Shown: positions 9,268 through 18,015, counted from the stretch's first letter. The stretch: DNA of 64,000 bases from an uncultured Verrucomicrobiae bacterium (GCA_963837955.1 CAWIPH010000002.1:2528001-2592000); one strand, 5' to 3'. The notes: generated by a model from the sequence alone, not told the origin. Numbers and translations are program-made.

Positions 9268-9287
9268 GGAAGAGAAAGGAGACTCCC

Positions 9288-9629
9288 ATGATCAGTAATC
9301 TCTCAGATCTCATTCGTAAGTATTATTCTGCTTATCAATCAAACGATAGGAAGTCGTTGGAGGATTTGCTGAGTGATGACTTCACTTTTAGTAGTCCACT
9401 GGATAATCACATCAATAGAACGACCTACTTTCAGAGATGTTGGCCGAATAGCGAGACGATCAGCGTTTTTCACATTGAGAAACTCTTTGAAAAAGGTAAC
9501 GAAGCCTTTGTTCGTTATGAATGTGAGCGAGTAACTGGCACTAGATTCCGGAACACGGAATACTTCAGAATCAAGGAGAACAAGATCAAGGAAGTTGAGG
9601 TCTACTTTGGGTCTCTTCCTGAAACGTGA
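9288..9629 (+). CDS. NTF2-like/SnoaL-like domain protein
   Basis: IRKYYSAY...LLSDDFTFSSPLD...YFQRCWP...FRNTEYF...VEVYFG; RBS AGGAG. Confidence 0.85.
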   Translation: MISNLSDLIRKYYSAYQSNDRKSLEDLLSDDFTFSSPLDNHINRTTYFQRCWPNSETISVFHIEKLFEKGNEAFVRYECERVTGTRFRNTEYFRIKENKIKEVEVYFGSLPET

Positions 9630-9636
9630 TACAAAG

Positions 9637-9663
9637 TGCCCTGATCACGCGGTTTCGTTTGTC
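9637..9663 (+). promoter_or_regulatory. Degenerate ECF42-like promoter motif
   Basis: TGCCCTGATCACGCGGTTTCGTTTGTC; same spacing, one mismatch in each box. Confidence 0.45.
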
Positions 9664-9706
9664 GAAAATTTTGAAAAAAGAAACCCGCCAAGCATGTGAG
9701 ACGCCT

Positions 9707-10099
9707 ATGAGCACACAAATGACAACATCACAATATCTGGTGCTCTGCCGCAGCACCAGTTGGCATAAAGATCTCTCTTCGGAAGAGCTCCAGAAAGTGT
9801 TGACTCAATTCACTGCCTGGTTCGAGCGCCTAACCAATGAGGGAAAGATCAAGAAAGGGCATCCGATCGCGCCGGAGGGCAAATCCATTGTTGGGAGAAA
9901 AGCGATAAGCGACGGCCCGTTTGCGGAATCCAAGGAAGCGATCGCGGGTTATTGGTTCATTCAAGCAAACAGTCTAGAAGAAGCAGTAAAGATCGCCCAA
10001 AGCGACCCTTGTCTGGACTACGGTGTAACTGTCGAAGTAAGGCCCGTCATCCAGGAGCCCGATTGGTTTGCTCGAGCGAGACAAAATCAACAGCTGTAA
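9707..10099 (+). CDS. YciI family (DGPF) protein
   Basis: DGPFAESKEAIAGYW...VEVRPV. Confidence 0.9.
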   Translation: MSTQMTTSQYLVLCRSTSWHKDLSSEELQKVLTQFTAWFERLTNEGKIKKGHPIAPEGKSIVGRKAISDGPFAESKEAIAGYWFIQANSLEEAVKIAQSDPCLDYGVTVEVRPVIQEPDWFARARQNQQL

Positions 10100-10159
10100 T
10101 CCTCGAATCAAACCATGACCAAAGGCAACTATGCGGACGCAGTCAAAGAAAGTCGCCGT

Positions 10160-10186
10160 TGTCGATTTCATGGCGGCTCGTTCGAC
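10160..10186 (+). promoter_or_regulatory. ECF42 promoter (probable autoregulatory promoter of the yciI-ecf42 operon)
   Basis: TGTCGATTTCATGGCGGCTCGTTCGAC = TGTCGA-N17-CGAC. Confidence 0.8.
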
Positions 10187-10210
10187 TTATCGCCGAACGA
10201 GAAAATTAAT

Positions 10211-10588
10211 ATGCAATACATGATGATGGTTTACATGGATGAGCAGCGATGGGCGGACCTGCCCAAGGAGGCACAGAACCGTGTCCACCACGACTGCGCG
10301 GCCTGGCATCAGGAATTGGTGAAGAGCGGGCACGCTCGCGCGGCGGTGGGGCTTCACCCGGCTTCGACTGCCACGACCCTGCGGGAGAAGAACGGGAAAG
10401 TGGTTATTGCGGACGGTCCGTTCGCCGAGACCAAGGAAGTGCTCGGCGGCTACGAAACGGTTGAGTGCAAAGACCTCGATGAAGCGATTGGGATCGCCAA
10501 ACGTTTCCCCGCTCTCCGCGTGGGTCTTTCGATGGAGGTGCGGCCGGTGATGTCCGACGACGAGGTCCAACGCATGATGCCAGGGTGA
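10211..10588 (+). CDS. YciI family (DGPF) protein
   Basis: MQYMMMVY...DGPFAETKEVLGGY...MEVRPV; stop overlaps the sigma start (GTGA). Confidence 0.9.
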   Translation: MQYMMMVYMDEQRWADLPKEAQNRVHHDCAAWHQELVKSGHARAAVGLHPASTATTLREKNGKVVIADGPFAETKEVLGGYETVECKDLDEAIGIAKRFPALRVGLSMEVRPVMSDDEVQRMMPG

Positions 10589-11784
10589 ACCTCGACGATC
10601 TCTACCGGCGCGAATATGGGCACATCCTCGCGAGCCTCATCCGCGTGGTCCGGGATATCACCATGGCGGAAGACGCGTTGCAAGACGCGTTCCAAGCCGC
10701 CCTCGTGCAATGGCCCGCCGATGGACCGCCACGGAATCCTGTGGCCTGGCTCATGTCCACGGCCCGGCACAGAGCGATCGACCAGATCCGGCGTCGCGCG
10801 CTGCTCGAGGGCAAGCGCGAGGAAATCGCAGCGGTGACCGCACCGCAGGAGAACACACCCGTGCCGCTCGATTCCCTCCGCCTCATCTTTACCTGCTGTC
10901 ACCCGGCGCTCGCGCCCGAAGCGCAGGTGGCGTTGACCCTGCGCACAATCTGCGGACTCAGCACCGAGGAGATCGCCCGCGCCTTTCTCGTACCTCTGCG
11001 GACGATGGCGCAGAGACTGGTGCGGGCCAAAACCAAAATCAGGCTCGCGGGCATCCCGTACGAAGTGCCCGCGGACGAGGAGCTGGCCGACCGGGTTGAG
11101 ACCGTGCTCGCCGTGGTCTACCTCGTTTTCAACGAAGGCTATTCGGCCAGCTTCGGCCCCGACCTCGTACGCGGGGATCTCTGCGGGGAGGCCATTCGCC
11201 TCGGCCGAGAAATCGTCGCACTGTTGCCAGCCGAGCGCGAGCCGAGAGGGCTGCTCGCGCTGATGCTACTCAACGACGCGCGTCGCGCCACCCGCACCGA
11301 CGAGGATGGCGCGCTCGTCGTCCTCGAAGACCAGGACCGCTCGCGCTGGGATCGTTCGAAGATCACCGAAGGCTGCGCGCTGGTGGAGTGGGCGGTGTGG
11401 GGCGGACAGCCCGGAAGCTACGCGATCCAGGCGGCGATCGCTTCCCTCCATGCAAGCGCGCCATCGGTGCGAGAGACGGATTGGGCGCAAATCGCCGCGC
11501 TCTACGGCGTGCTCGCCCAGCTGCATCCCTCGCCGGTGATCGAGCTCAATCGCGCCATCGCGGTTGCGATGGCCGACGGTTACAAAAAGGGTCTGGCTTT
11601 GCTCGACAAAATCGACCTACCCGGTTATCACCTGCTGCCAGCCGCGCGGGCCGACTTATTGCGCCGTCTCGATCGCCTTCCCGAGGCAGCAATCGCCTAC
11701 CGGGAGGCGTTAGCGCTGGTGACCAACGACACCGAGCGACGTTTCCTCAAGCGGCGATTGGTGGAGGTGACCGAGGCGCGCTGA
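10585..11784 (+). CDS. ECF sigma factor, ECF42-type (C-terminal DUF6596/TPR extension)
   Basis: AEDALQDAF, LRLIFTCCHPAL, MAQRLVRAK, YLVFNEGY, LEDQDRSRWD, SPVIELNRA; follows a DGPF gene. Confidence 0.92.
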   Translation: MNLDDLYRREYGHILASLIRVVRDITMAEDALQDAFQAALVQWPADGPPRNPVAWLMSTARHRAIDQIRRRALLEGKREEIAAVTAPQENTPVPLDSLRLIFTCCHPALAPEAQVALTLRTICGLSTEEIARAFLVPLRTMAQRLVRAKTKIRLAGIPYEVPADEELADRVETVLAVVYLVFNEGYSASFGPDLVRGDLCGEAIRLGREIVALLPAEREPRGLLALMLLNDARRATRTDEDGALVVLEDQDRSRWDRSKITEGCALVEWAVWGGQPGSYAIQAAIASLHASAPSVRETDWAQIAALYGVLAQLHPSPVIELNRAIAVAMADGYKKGLALLDKIDLPGYHLLPAARADLLRRLDRLPEAAIAYREALALVTNDTERRFLKRRLVEVTEAR

Positions 11785-11801
11785 AGATAAGTTGGTTAAA
11801 G

Positions 11802-11828
11802 TGTCGATTGGACACCGGCTCGTTCGAT
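11802..11828 (+). promoter_or_regulatory. ECF42-like promoter motif
   Basis: TGTCGATTGGACACCGGCTCGTTCGAT upstream of the DoxX gene. Confidence 0.65.
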
Positions 11829-11928
11829 TAGGAGGTGAAAGGAGAGGGCGCGCTCGGGTGTCCGATGCTGCTGAGCGTCGCCCTTCGTTCGTCGTTAGGT
11901 TTAACCGAAATAAAATCACTGACATAAC

Positions 11929-12384
11929 ATGACCACACAGAATAATCCTGCCACGGTACCCGCGGAGCGGGAATCCGTCACCACCCGCGTGACCTACTTC
12001 TTGCTTCGCGTCGTGGCGGGTTTGTTATTCGTCCATACGGGCGGTTTGATCTTGTTTGGCTGGTTTGGCGGAATTCCGGGTGAGCCTGGGACTCCATCCC
12101 TATTGTCCCAGACCGGTATCGGCGGGGTCCTCGAGTTCTTTGGGGGTATCGCGATCGTGCTCGGCCTGGCAACCCGGCCCGTCGCTTTCATCCTATCTGG
12201 CATGATGGCGGTCGCGTATTGGCAATTCCACGCGCCGAATGGCGTTGCACCCGTTCAGAACCAGGGCATGCCCGCCATCCTATTCTGCTTCATCTTCCTG
12301 TACATGGCCGCGAAGGGTGGCGGCGACTGGAGCCTCGACGCGCTGCTGCGACGCAAACGCGGGGTGGCCCTTCAGGCCGAATGA
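11929..12384 (+). CDS. DoxX family membrane protein
   Basis: LLRVVAGLLF, GGVLEFFGG...GLATRPVAFILSGMMAVAYW, GGGDWSLD. Confidence 0.9.
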   Translation: MTTQNNPATVPAERESVTTRVTYFLLRVVAGLLFVHTGGLILFGWFGGIPGEPGTPSLLSQTGIGGVLEFFGGIAIVLGLATRPVAFILSGMMAVAYWQFHAPNGVAPVQNQGMPAILFCFIFLYMAAKGGGDWSLDALLRRKRGVALQAE

Positions 12385-12411
12385 CAAATAGTAAATAGCA
12401 GATGACAGGGC

Positions 12412-12602
12412 GGTAGGGCGAAACAGATCCAGCGAAGGCAGGATCTGTGAGCTTAGCGTCTTCTGCAGCGGCGACTGTTCCAGTACGCTGACTGTATTCG
12501 TTCCGCCAAAAAAACTGCGTGAAGCGATTAGCTCCCAATCGATCAAAATCACGCCGAGGCCACCTTCGCAAGCAACAGCGCTCCCTAGCTTACAGGATGC
12601 GC
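12412..12602. repeat. Composite GTAG-type REP-like element (partial copy of the 16.2-16.7 kb element)
   Basis: GGTAGGGCGAAACAGATCCAGCGAAGGCAGGATCTGTGAGCTT is shared with the arms at 16224-16294 and 16513-16583; 12552-12602 matches the reverse complement of 16396-16446 at 42/51. Confidence 0.8.
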
Positions 12603-12605
12603 GGA

Positions 12606-12632
12606 TGTCCTGAACGTGACGGCTCGTTCGTC
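12606..12632 (+). promoter_or_regulatory. ECF42-like promoter motif
   Basis: TGTCCTGAACGTGACGGCTCGTTCGTC upstream of DUF899 gene 1. Confidence 0.75.
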
Positions 12633-12688
12633 GTACTCTTGAACTCCGTTATTAGCGAACAATCATCCTTTGCTTTTTTAGAAAGCCT

Positions 12689-13438
12689 ATGAAGACACAG
12701 ACAAAAACATCCGAAACGAAAAGAGGCATGCCCGGACATGTGATCGTCGCGCGAGAAGAATGGGTCGCCGCTCGTAAGGAGCTGCTCAAAAGGGAGAAAG
12801 AGTTTACCCGGCTGCGCGATCGATTGAGTGCCGAGAGGCGTCAACTGCCCTGGACCAAGGTCGAGAAAGCTTATGTATTTGACGGCCCGAAGGGCAAGGA
12901 GACCCTGGCCGATCTTTTCGATGGACGCAGTCAACTGATGATCTATCACTTCATGTTCGGTCCGGGATGGAAGGAAGGCTGCCCGGGCTGTTCGTTCCTG
13001 TGCGATCATATTGATGGCGCTAACCTGCACCTCGCTCATCGTGACGTGACGCTGCTGGCGGTTTCGCGAGCGCTCCGTTCCGAATTCGAACCGTTCAAGA
13101 AGCGCATGGGGTGGCGGTTCAAATGGGTGTCGTCGTCGGAGAGCGACTTCAACTTCGACTATCACGTAGCGGCCACGAAAGACGAGGTGGCGAAAGGTAA
13201 GATGTTCTATAACTACGACGAGAGAGAGGAACCGTCCGAGGACCTTCCCGGTATCAGCGTGTTCTACAAAGATGCGACCGATGACATCTATCACACCTAT
13301 TCCAGCTACGGGCGCGGGGGCGACATATTGATCGGTGCTTATAACTATCTCGACCTCACACCGAAGGGCCGCAACGAGACTGGTCCCAACCATAACATGG
13401 GCGACTGGATGCGGCACCATGACCGATATGGCGACTAA
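12689..13438 (+). CDS. DUF899 thioredoxin-like protein
   Basis: LADLFDGRSQLMIYHFMFGP, CPGC motif, HTYSSYGRG, LDLTPKGRNE, RHHDRY. Confidence 0.92.
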   Translation: MKTQTKTSETKRGMPGHVIVAREEWVAARKELLKREKEFTRLRDRLSAERRQLPWTKVEKAYVFDGPKGKETLADLFDGRSQLMIYHFMFGPGWKEGCPGCSFLCDHIDGANLHLAHRDVTLLAVSRALRSEFEPFKKRMGWRFKWVSSSESDFNFDYHVAATKDEVAKGKMFYNYDEREEPSEDLPGISVFYKDATDDIYHTYSSYGRGGDILIGAYNYLDLTPKGRNETGPNHNMGDWMRHHDRYGD

Positions 13439-13506
13439 CGAGGGGGACGAACAATCGAGCAGAATCGCTGGCGAACCGGTTACCGCGGAAATAAATTAAC
13501 TCAGAG

Positions 13507-13533
13507 TGTCCTGAACCTGCCGGCTCGATCGTC
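13507..13533 (+). promoter_or_regulatory. ECF42-like promoter motif
   Basis: TGTCCTGAACCTGCCGGCTCGATCGTC upstream of the VOC gene. Confidence 0.75.
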
Positions 13534-13592
13534 GCGTCATTGAACCGAAACACACATCATCAACTTCCAAACCTGAAAAGAAAAACAGAAAA

Positions 13593-14060
13593 ATGACACA
13601 TCAAATCAAGGCAATCCCAGAAGACTATCACACGCTAACCCCTCACTTGGTCGTGAAGGGAGCGAGTCAAGCCATCGAATTTTACAAAAAGGCTTTTGGC
13701 GCAGAAGAAATCAGCCGACTGCCGGGGTCAGATGGCAAATCGCTTTTGCATGCTGCAATAAAAATTGGAGACTCACGGCTCTTCCTCAGCGACGAGTTTC
13801 CGCAGATGGGCGGCCTGGGGCCTCTCAGTCTCGGCGGAACGCCTGTTACAATCCATGTTTACGTAGAAGATGTGGACACCGCTTTCGATCGGGCTGTGGC
13901 TGCGGGCGCCAAAGTGCAGATGCCCCTGGCAGACATGTTCTGGGGCGATCGTTATGGGGTGCTAACTGACCCGTTCGGACACAGTTGGTCCTTAGCAACA
14001 CATAAAGAGGACCTGACAACGGAAGAGATTGGTAAGCGCGCCCAGGCTTTTTGCGGCTAA
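13593..14060 (+). CDS. VOC/glyoxalase (PhnB-like) family protein
   Basis: IPEDYHTLTPHL, AIEFYKKAFGA, DMFWGDRYGVLTDPFGHSW. Confidence 0.92.
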   Translation: MTHQIKAIPEDYHTLTPHLVVKGASQAIEFYKKAFGAEEISRLPGSDGKSLLHAAIKIGDSRLFLSDEFPQMGGLGPLSLGGTPVTIHVYVEDVDTAFDRAVAAGAKVQMPLADMFWGDRYGVLTDPFGHSWSLATHKEDLTTEEIGKRAQAFCG

Positions 14061-14082
14061 GCTCCGACCATACCAGAAATAC

Positions 14083-14272
14083 CTCACGCAAGGACGCCAA
14101 GGCGCAAAGGTTTTCGGACTAAAGATTATTAACAACTGAGTGGATGCGATTTGTGAGAACTGCTTCGCCAAAATTGACTAACAGTCGCAGGCGCGAGGCC
14201 GGCCCGTAAGCCGCAGCTCTTGGATCTCTTTCTCTAATTCAAAACCTTTGCGTCTTGGCGTCTTTGCGTGAG
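14083..14272. repeat. REPIN-like inverted-repeat pair
   Basis: CTCACGCAAGGACGCCAAGGCGCAAAGGTTTT ... AAAACCTTTGCGTCTTGGCGTCTTTGCGTGAG (32-bp arms, 2 mismatches). Confidence 0.8.
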
Positions 14273-14303
14273 ATTCTCGGGCGTCTTGAGATTTCAGTTA
14301 CGA

Positions 14304-14579
14304 ATGTGCAGGAATATCAAACCACTCTTTAACTTCGATCCCCCTGTAACGGCCGAAGAGATTCGAGCTTCTTCTCTCCAGTTCGTGAGAAAAATCAGCG
14401 GGTTTAACAAACCGTCGAAGGCAAACGAAGCGTCGTTCCTGGCTGCAGTCGATGAAATCGCCAGTATCTCGGCTCGTCTGCTCCATTCACTCGAAACGAA
14501 CGCGCCGCCGAAGAGCCGAGAAGAAGAGGCCGCCAGAGCGAAGGCTCGGGCCGCAGAGAGATTCAGCGCCCGGAACTAA
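14304..14579 (+). CDS. DUF2277 family protein
   Basis: MCRNIKPLFNFDPPVTAEEIRASSLQFVRKISGF. Confidence 0.88.
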   Translation: MCRNIKPLFNFDPPVTAEEIRASSLQFVRKISGFNKPSKANEASFLAAVDEIASISARLLHSLETNAPPKSREEEAARAKARAAERFSARN

Positions 14580-14750
14580 AATCTCACGCAAGACGCAAGG
14601 GCGCAAAGGTTTGAGATCGGAGTTTGACCCGGAGCAGTTATTCCCCACCAACGGGAAGCTGCGGGCTTAAAGCGGAGAATGGGCCAACTCCAATTTCTCG
14701 ACCGATTTCTCTTCTTAACCTTTGCGTCTTCGCGTCTTGGCGTGAGATTT
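14579..14750. repeat. REPIN-like inverted-repeat pair (same family as 14083-14272)
   Basis: ATCTCACGCAAGACGCAAGGGCGCAAAGGTT ... AACCTTTGCGTCTTCGCGTCTTGGCGTGAGAT. Confidence 0.78.
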
Positions 14751-14781
14751 CTTCGCTTCCCTGGAGCAAACGAGAACTTTT

Positions 14782-16125
14782 ATGCCGACTAAAATTACTG
14801 ATCTAACAGTTCACGACATTCGTTTTCCAACCTCGCGTTCGCTCGACGGTTCCGACGCGATGAATCCTACGCCCGACTATTCGGCGACGTATGTAGTCCT
14901 CAAAACAAATGCACCGCAGGGAACTGCCGGCCATGGGTTAACCTTTACGATCGGTCGGGGGAACGAGATCGCGGTGACGGCTGTGAAGTCGCTCGCTCCA
15001 CTCGTCGTCGGTGCGACCTTGGAGGAAATCTTCGCTGATATGGGCGGATTCTGGCGCTACCTGACCACCGGCGACAGCCAGTTACGCTGGTTAGGTCCAG
15101 AAAAAGGTGCAATTCACCTGGCAACCGCCGCAATCGTTAATGCTGTGTGGGATCTGTGGGCAAAGTTCCAGGGTAAACCGGTTTGGAAGCTGTTGGCCGA
15201 CATGAGCCCACAGGAAATAGTGCGTTGCCTTGACTTTAGCTATGTAACCGACGCACTTACATCTGACGAAGCAGTTTCGCTTCTAGAAGCCAATGCTGCG
15301 ACCAAAGCGGAGCGGGAGCGTCAGATGCGAGAGTCCGGCTTTCCTGCCTACACTACCTCAGCCGGCTGGCTCGGGTATTCCGACGAAAAGGTGCGCCGTT
15401 TGGCGCGGGAAGGGGTGGCCGCGGGTTGGACCCATTTTAAACAAAAGGTCGGCGGCGATATCGAGGAAGACATTCGCCGCGCTCGAATCCTGCGTGAGGA
15501 GATCGGTTGGGAGCGAAAGCTTATGATGGACGCCAACCAGGTGTGGGATGTCGAGCAATCCGTTCGCAACATGCGTCGCCTAGCCGAGTTTAAGCCGTGG
15601 TGGATCGAAGAACCGACCAGCCCGGACGACATTCTGGGACACGCAACTATTCGAAAACAGGTCGCACCCATCGGAGTGGCAACCGGCGAGCACTGTCATA
15701 ACCGCGTGATGTTTAAACAACTGCTGCAAGCAAAGGCCATCGATTTTTGTCAGATCGACAGTGCCCGACTGGGCGGCTTGAACGAGGTTATTGTTGTCCT
15801 GTTGATGGCGGCTAAATTTGGTGTACCGGTTTGCCCGCACGCAGGCGGCGTCGGTTTATGCGAGTACGTCCAGCATATTTCTTTGTTCGACTACATTTGC
15901 GTGTCGGCTTCGCTGGAAGGTCGAGTGCTCGAATATGTCGATCACTTGCATGAGCATTTTCTCGATCCGGTCGTGATCCGCAACGGCCGTTACATGCCTC
16001 CCGAGAAGCCAGGCTACAGCATTACCGTCCGGCCCGAAACACTTGAACAATTCGATTTTCCCAATGGCCCGGCCTGGAAAGGTCGCCGGAACGAGCAAGA
16101 AGCCTTCAGGTCGAAGCCGAAGTGA
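14782..16125 (+). CDS. fucD: L-fuconate dehydratase (mandelate racemase/enolase superfamily)
   Basis: DIRFPTSRSLDGSDAMN, AYTTSAGWLGY, KQKVG, MDANQVW, WIEEPTSPDD, PHAGGVGLCE. Confidence 0.9.
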   Translation: MPTKITDLTVHDIRFPTSRSLDGSDAMNPTPDYSATYVVLKTNAPQGTAGHGLTFTIGRGNEIAVTAVKSLAPLVVGATLEEIFADMGGFWRYLTTGDSQLRWLGPEKGAIHLATAAIVNAVWDLWAKFQGKPVWKLLADMSPQEIVRCLDFSYVTDALTSDEAVSLLEANAATKAERERQMRESGFPAYTTSAGWLGYSDEKVRRLAREGVAAGWTHFKQKVGGDIEEDIRRARILREEIGWERKLMMDANQVWDVEQSVRNMRRLAEFKPWWIEEPTSPDDILGHATIRKQVAPIGVATGEHCHNRVMFKQLLQAKAIDFCQIDSARLGGLNEVIVVLLMAAKFGVPVCPHAGGVGLCEYVQHISLFDYICVSASLEGRVLEYVDHLHEHFLDPVVIRNGRYMPPEKPGYSITVRPETLEQFDFPNGPAWKGRRNEQEAFRSKPK

Positions 16126-16162
16126 CCTCACGCAAAGACGTAAACCTCACGAAAAGACAAAC

Positions 16163-16662
16163 CTCACGCAAAGACGCAAAGGCGCAAAGAGGGATTTGAA
16201 CAGGAGGTAACGGAGGACGTGTAGGTGTAACGATACGGCGGGTAGGGCGAAACAGATCCAGCGAAGGCAGGATCTGTGAGCTTGGCGTATTGGGCGGATC
16301 CGCGTGACGGAACGTTTCGCCGTCGGGTCGCTGTTAATAATTGGGCGAAAGCCCGACTACGCGCAACGCTTCGTCGCGGCCACACGTTTGGCTATGCGAA
16401 TCCTGTAAACTAGGACGCGCCGTAACTCGCGAAGGCGGCCTCGGCGCGACCTTGGGCAACAAGGGATCTCTGGCCTGCCCGCGCCGGGTTTGAGCCGTAT
16501 CCTGCGCCGCTACCCAATACACCAAGCTCACAGATCCTGCGTTCGCTGGATCTGTTTCGCCCTACCCGCCCTATCGTTACACCGTTACGCCAGAACACCC
16601 TCTCCTTTCCTCCGTTACCTTCTGGTCAAATCCTTCTTCGCGGCTTTGCGTCTTTGCGTGAG
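16163..16662. repeat. ~500-bp nested palindromic (REPIN/MITE-like) element
   Basis: Three nested inverted-repeat pairs; the innermost arms (16224-16294 and 16513-16583) are 71 bp with 3 mismatches; stuttered partial arms at 16126-16162. Confidence 0.85.
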
Positions 16663-16705
16663 ATTTTCTCTTCTTCACAGATCCCGAAAGAATCTCTGCG
16701 GCGAC

Positions 16706-16736
16706 CGATGAGTTTCGGCCCGGTTCCCGGTCTTTA
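16706..16736 (+). promoter_or_regulatory. SigG/ECF56-type promoter motif
   Basis: CGATGA-N18-GTCTTTA upstream of DUF899 gene 2; a SigG-like sigma is encoded 2.4 kb downstream. Confidence 0.65.
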
Positions 16737-16798
16737 TCTATGGAAGCGCATATCGCACTTCGAGAGATACCCAGACCTGACGAAATAAAATCAAAGTT

Positions 16799-17548
16799 AT
16801 GAGCACGCAGACAAAAACATTCGAAGAGAAAAAATCGATATTGAACCATGAGATTGTGTCGCCAGAAGACTGGCTTGCACGGCGCAAAGAGCTACTCAAA
16901 AAGGAGAAGGAACTTACCCGACTGCAGGATCAGCTCAGCGTAGAGCGTCGCAAGCAGCCCTGGGTCAAAGTCGAAAAGAACTACGTTTTCGATGGCCCGA
17001 AGGGCAAGGAAACGCTCGCTGACCTCTTTGACGGGCGCAGCCAATTGTTCGTCTATCATTTCATGTTCGGCCCAGACTGGGAGGAGGGTTGTCCGAGCTG
17101 CTCAATGGTGGCCGATCACATCAACGGCAGCATCGTGCATCTTGCGCATCGCGATGTGACGTTGGTGGCCGTCTCGCGAGCGCCTCTAGCCAAGATCGAA
17201 GCGTTCGAGAAGCGCATGGGCTGGCAGTTCAAGTGGGTATCGTCGTACGAGAACGACTTTAACCGCGACTTTCGCGTGTCGTTCACGAAGGACGAACTCG
17301 CGAATGGCAAGCCCTACAACTACAACACCAGCGCCTTCCCGAGCGAAGAAGCTCCCGGCACCAGCGTGTTCTACCAGGACGCGACCGGTGATGTCTTCCA
17401 CAGCTATTCCAGTTACGGGCGCGGCCCCGAACCGTTGCTCGGCGTTTACTACTACCTCGACCTCGTGCCGAAAGGCCGCAACGAAGACGCCTTGCCCTAT
17501 CCGATGGCTTGGGTTCGCCACCACGATCGATACAGTGACGAAGGTTAA
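16799..17548 (+). CDS. DUF899 thioredoxin-like protein (second paralogue)
   Basis: LADLFDGRSQLFVYHFMFGP, CPSC, HSYSSYGRG, RHHDRY. Confidence 0.92.
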   Translation: MSTQTKTFEEKKSILNHEIVSPEDWLARRKELLKKEKELTRLQDQLSVERRKQPWVKVEKNYVFDGPKGKETLADLFDGRSQLFVYHFMFGPDWEEGCPSCSMVADHINGSIVHLAHRDVTLVAVSRAPLAKIEAFEKRMGWQFKWVSSYENDFNRDFRVSFTKDELANGKPYNYNTSAFPSEEAPGTSVFYQDATGDVFHSYSSYGRGPEPLLGVYYYLDLVPKGRNEDALPYPMAWVRHHDRYSDEG

Positions 17549-17550
17549 TC

Positions 17551-18015
17551 GTGAGCGCGCATCGTTGCTGCGAAGACGCTTCGAGCGACTCAACCCGTGA
17601 GACGGACGGAATGCGGACCGCGCATGGCGATCCGCAGCCCCGGACTTTCGTTCAGCGTTGCTTCAACATCGCCGGATGGATGGTGCCGAGCGCCATCCTG
17701 GTGCTATTGCCAAAGTGTCCGGCATGTCTGGCTGCCTACATTGCCATGGGGTCGGACTCTCGGTACCAACCGCTACGTACCTGCGGGATGCTCCTTGTGA
17801 TCCTGTGCGTAGCGTCGCTGGCATACCTTGCAGCAAGACACCTGCGCGGCTTCATCGCGCTGATATTTAGAACAAAAGGCACAGCAAAAATGAAAACGAG
17901 CGAGCGCTCCGCGATCGCGTCATCGCGCATCGCCCTGAGTAGGCCGGCAAATTTCACGACAAGAGCCAATCACCACAACGAAAGTGTTCTGAAAGCACTT
18001 CGTCATTCGTCGTAA
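17551..18015 (+). CDS. Small Cys-containing membrane protein (LLPKCPAC family) with an internally frameshifted segment
   Basis: GTG start 2 nt after the DUF899 stop; CC and LLPKCPACLAAY motifs; hydrophobic segment VGLSVPTATYLR lies in an alternate frame. Confidence 0.6.
   Translation: MSAHRCCEDASSDSTRETDGMRTAHGDPQPRTFVQRCFNIAGWMVPSAILVLLPKCPACLAAYIAMGSDSRYQPLRTCGMLLVILCVASLAYLAARHLRGFIALIFRTKGTAKMKTSERSAIASSRIALSRPANFTTRANHHNESVLKALRHSS
17985..18011 (+). promoter_or_regulatory. Degenerate ECF42-like promoter motif
   Basis: TGTTCTGAAAGCACTTCGTCATTCGTC upstream of the NmrA-like gene. Confidence 0.5.

Noticed and set aside
11859..11893. Second ECF42-like site before DoxX (…CTGAGCGTCGCCCTTCGTTCGTC)
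   Set aside because: The -10 half matches, but the -35 reads GCTG rather than TGTC at the required spacing; not counted
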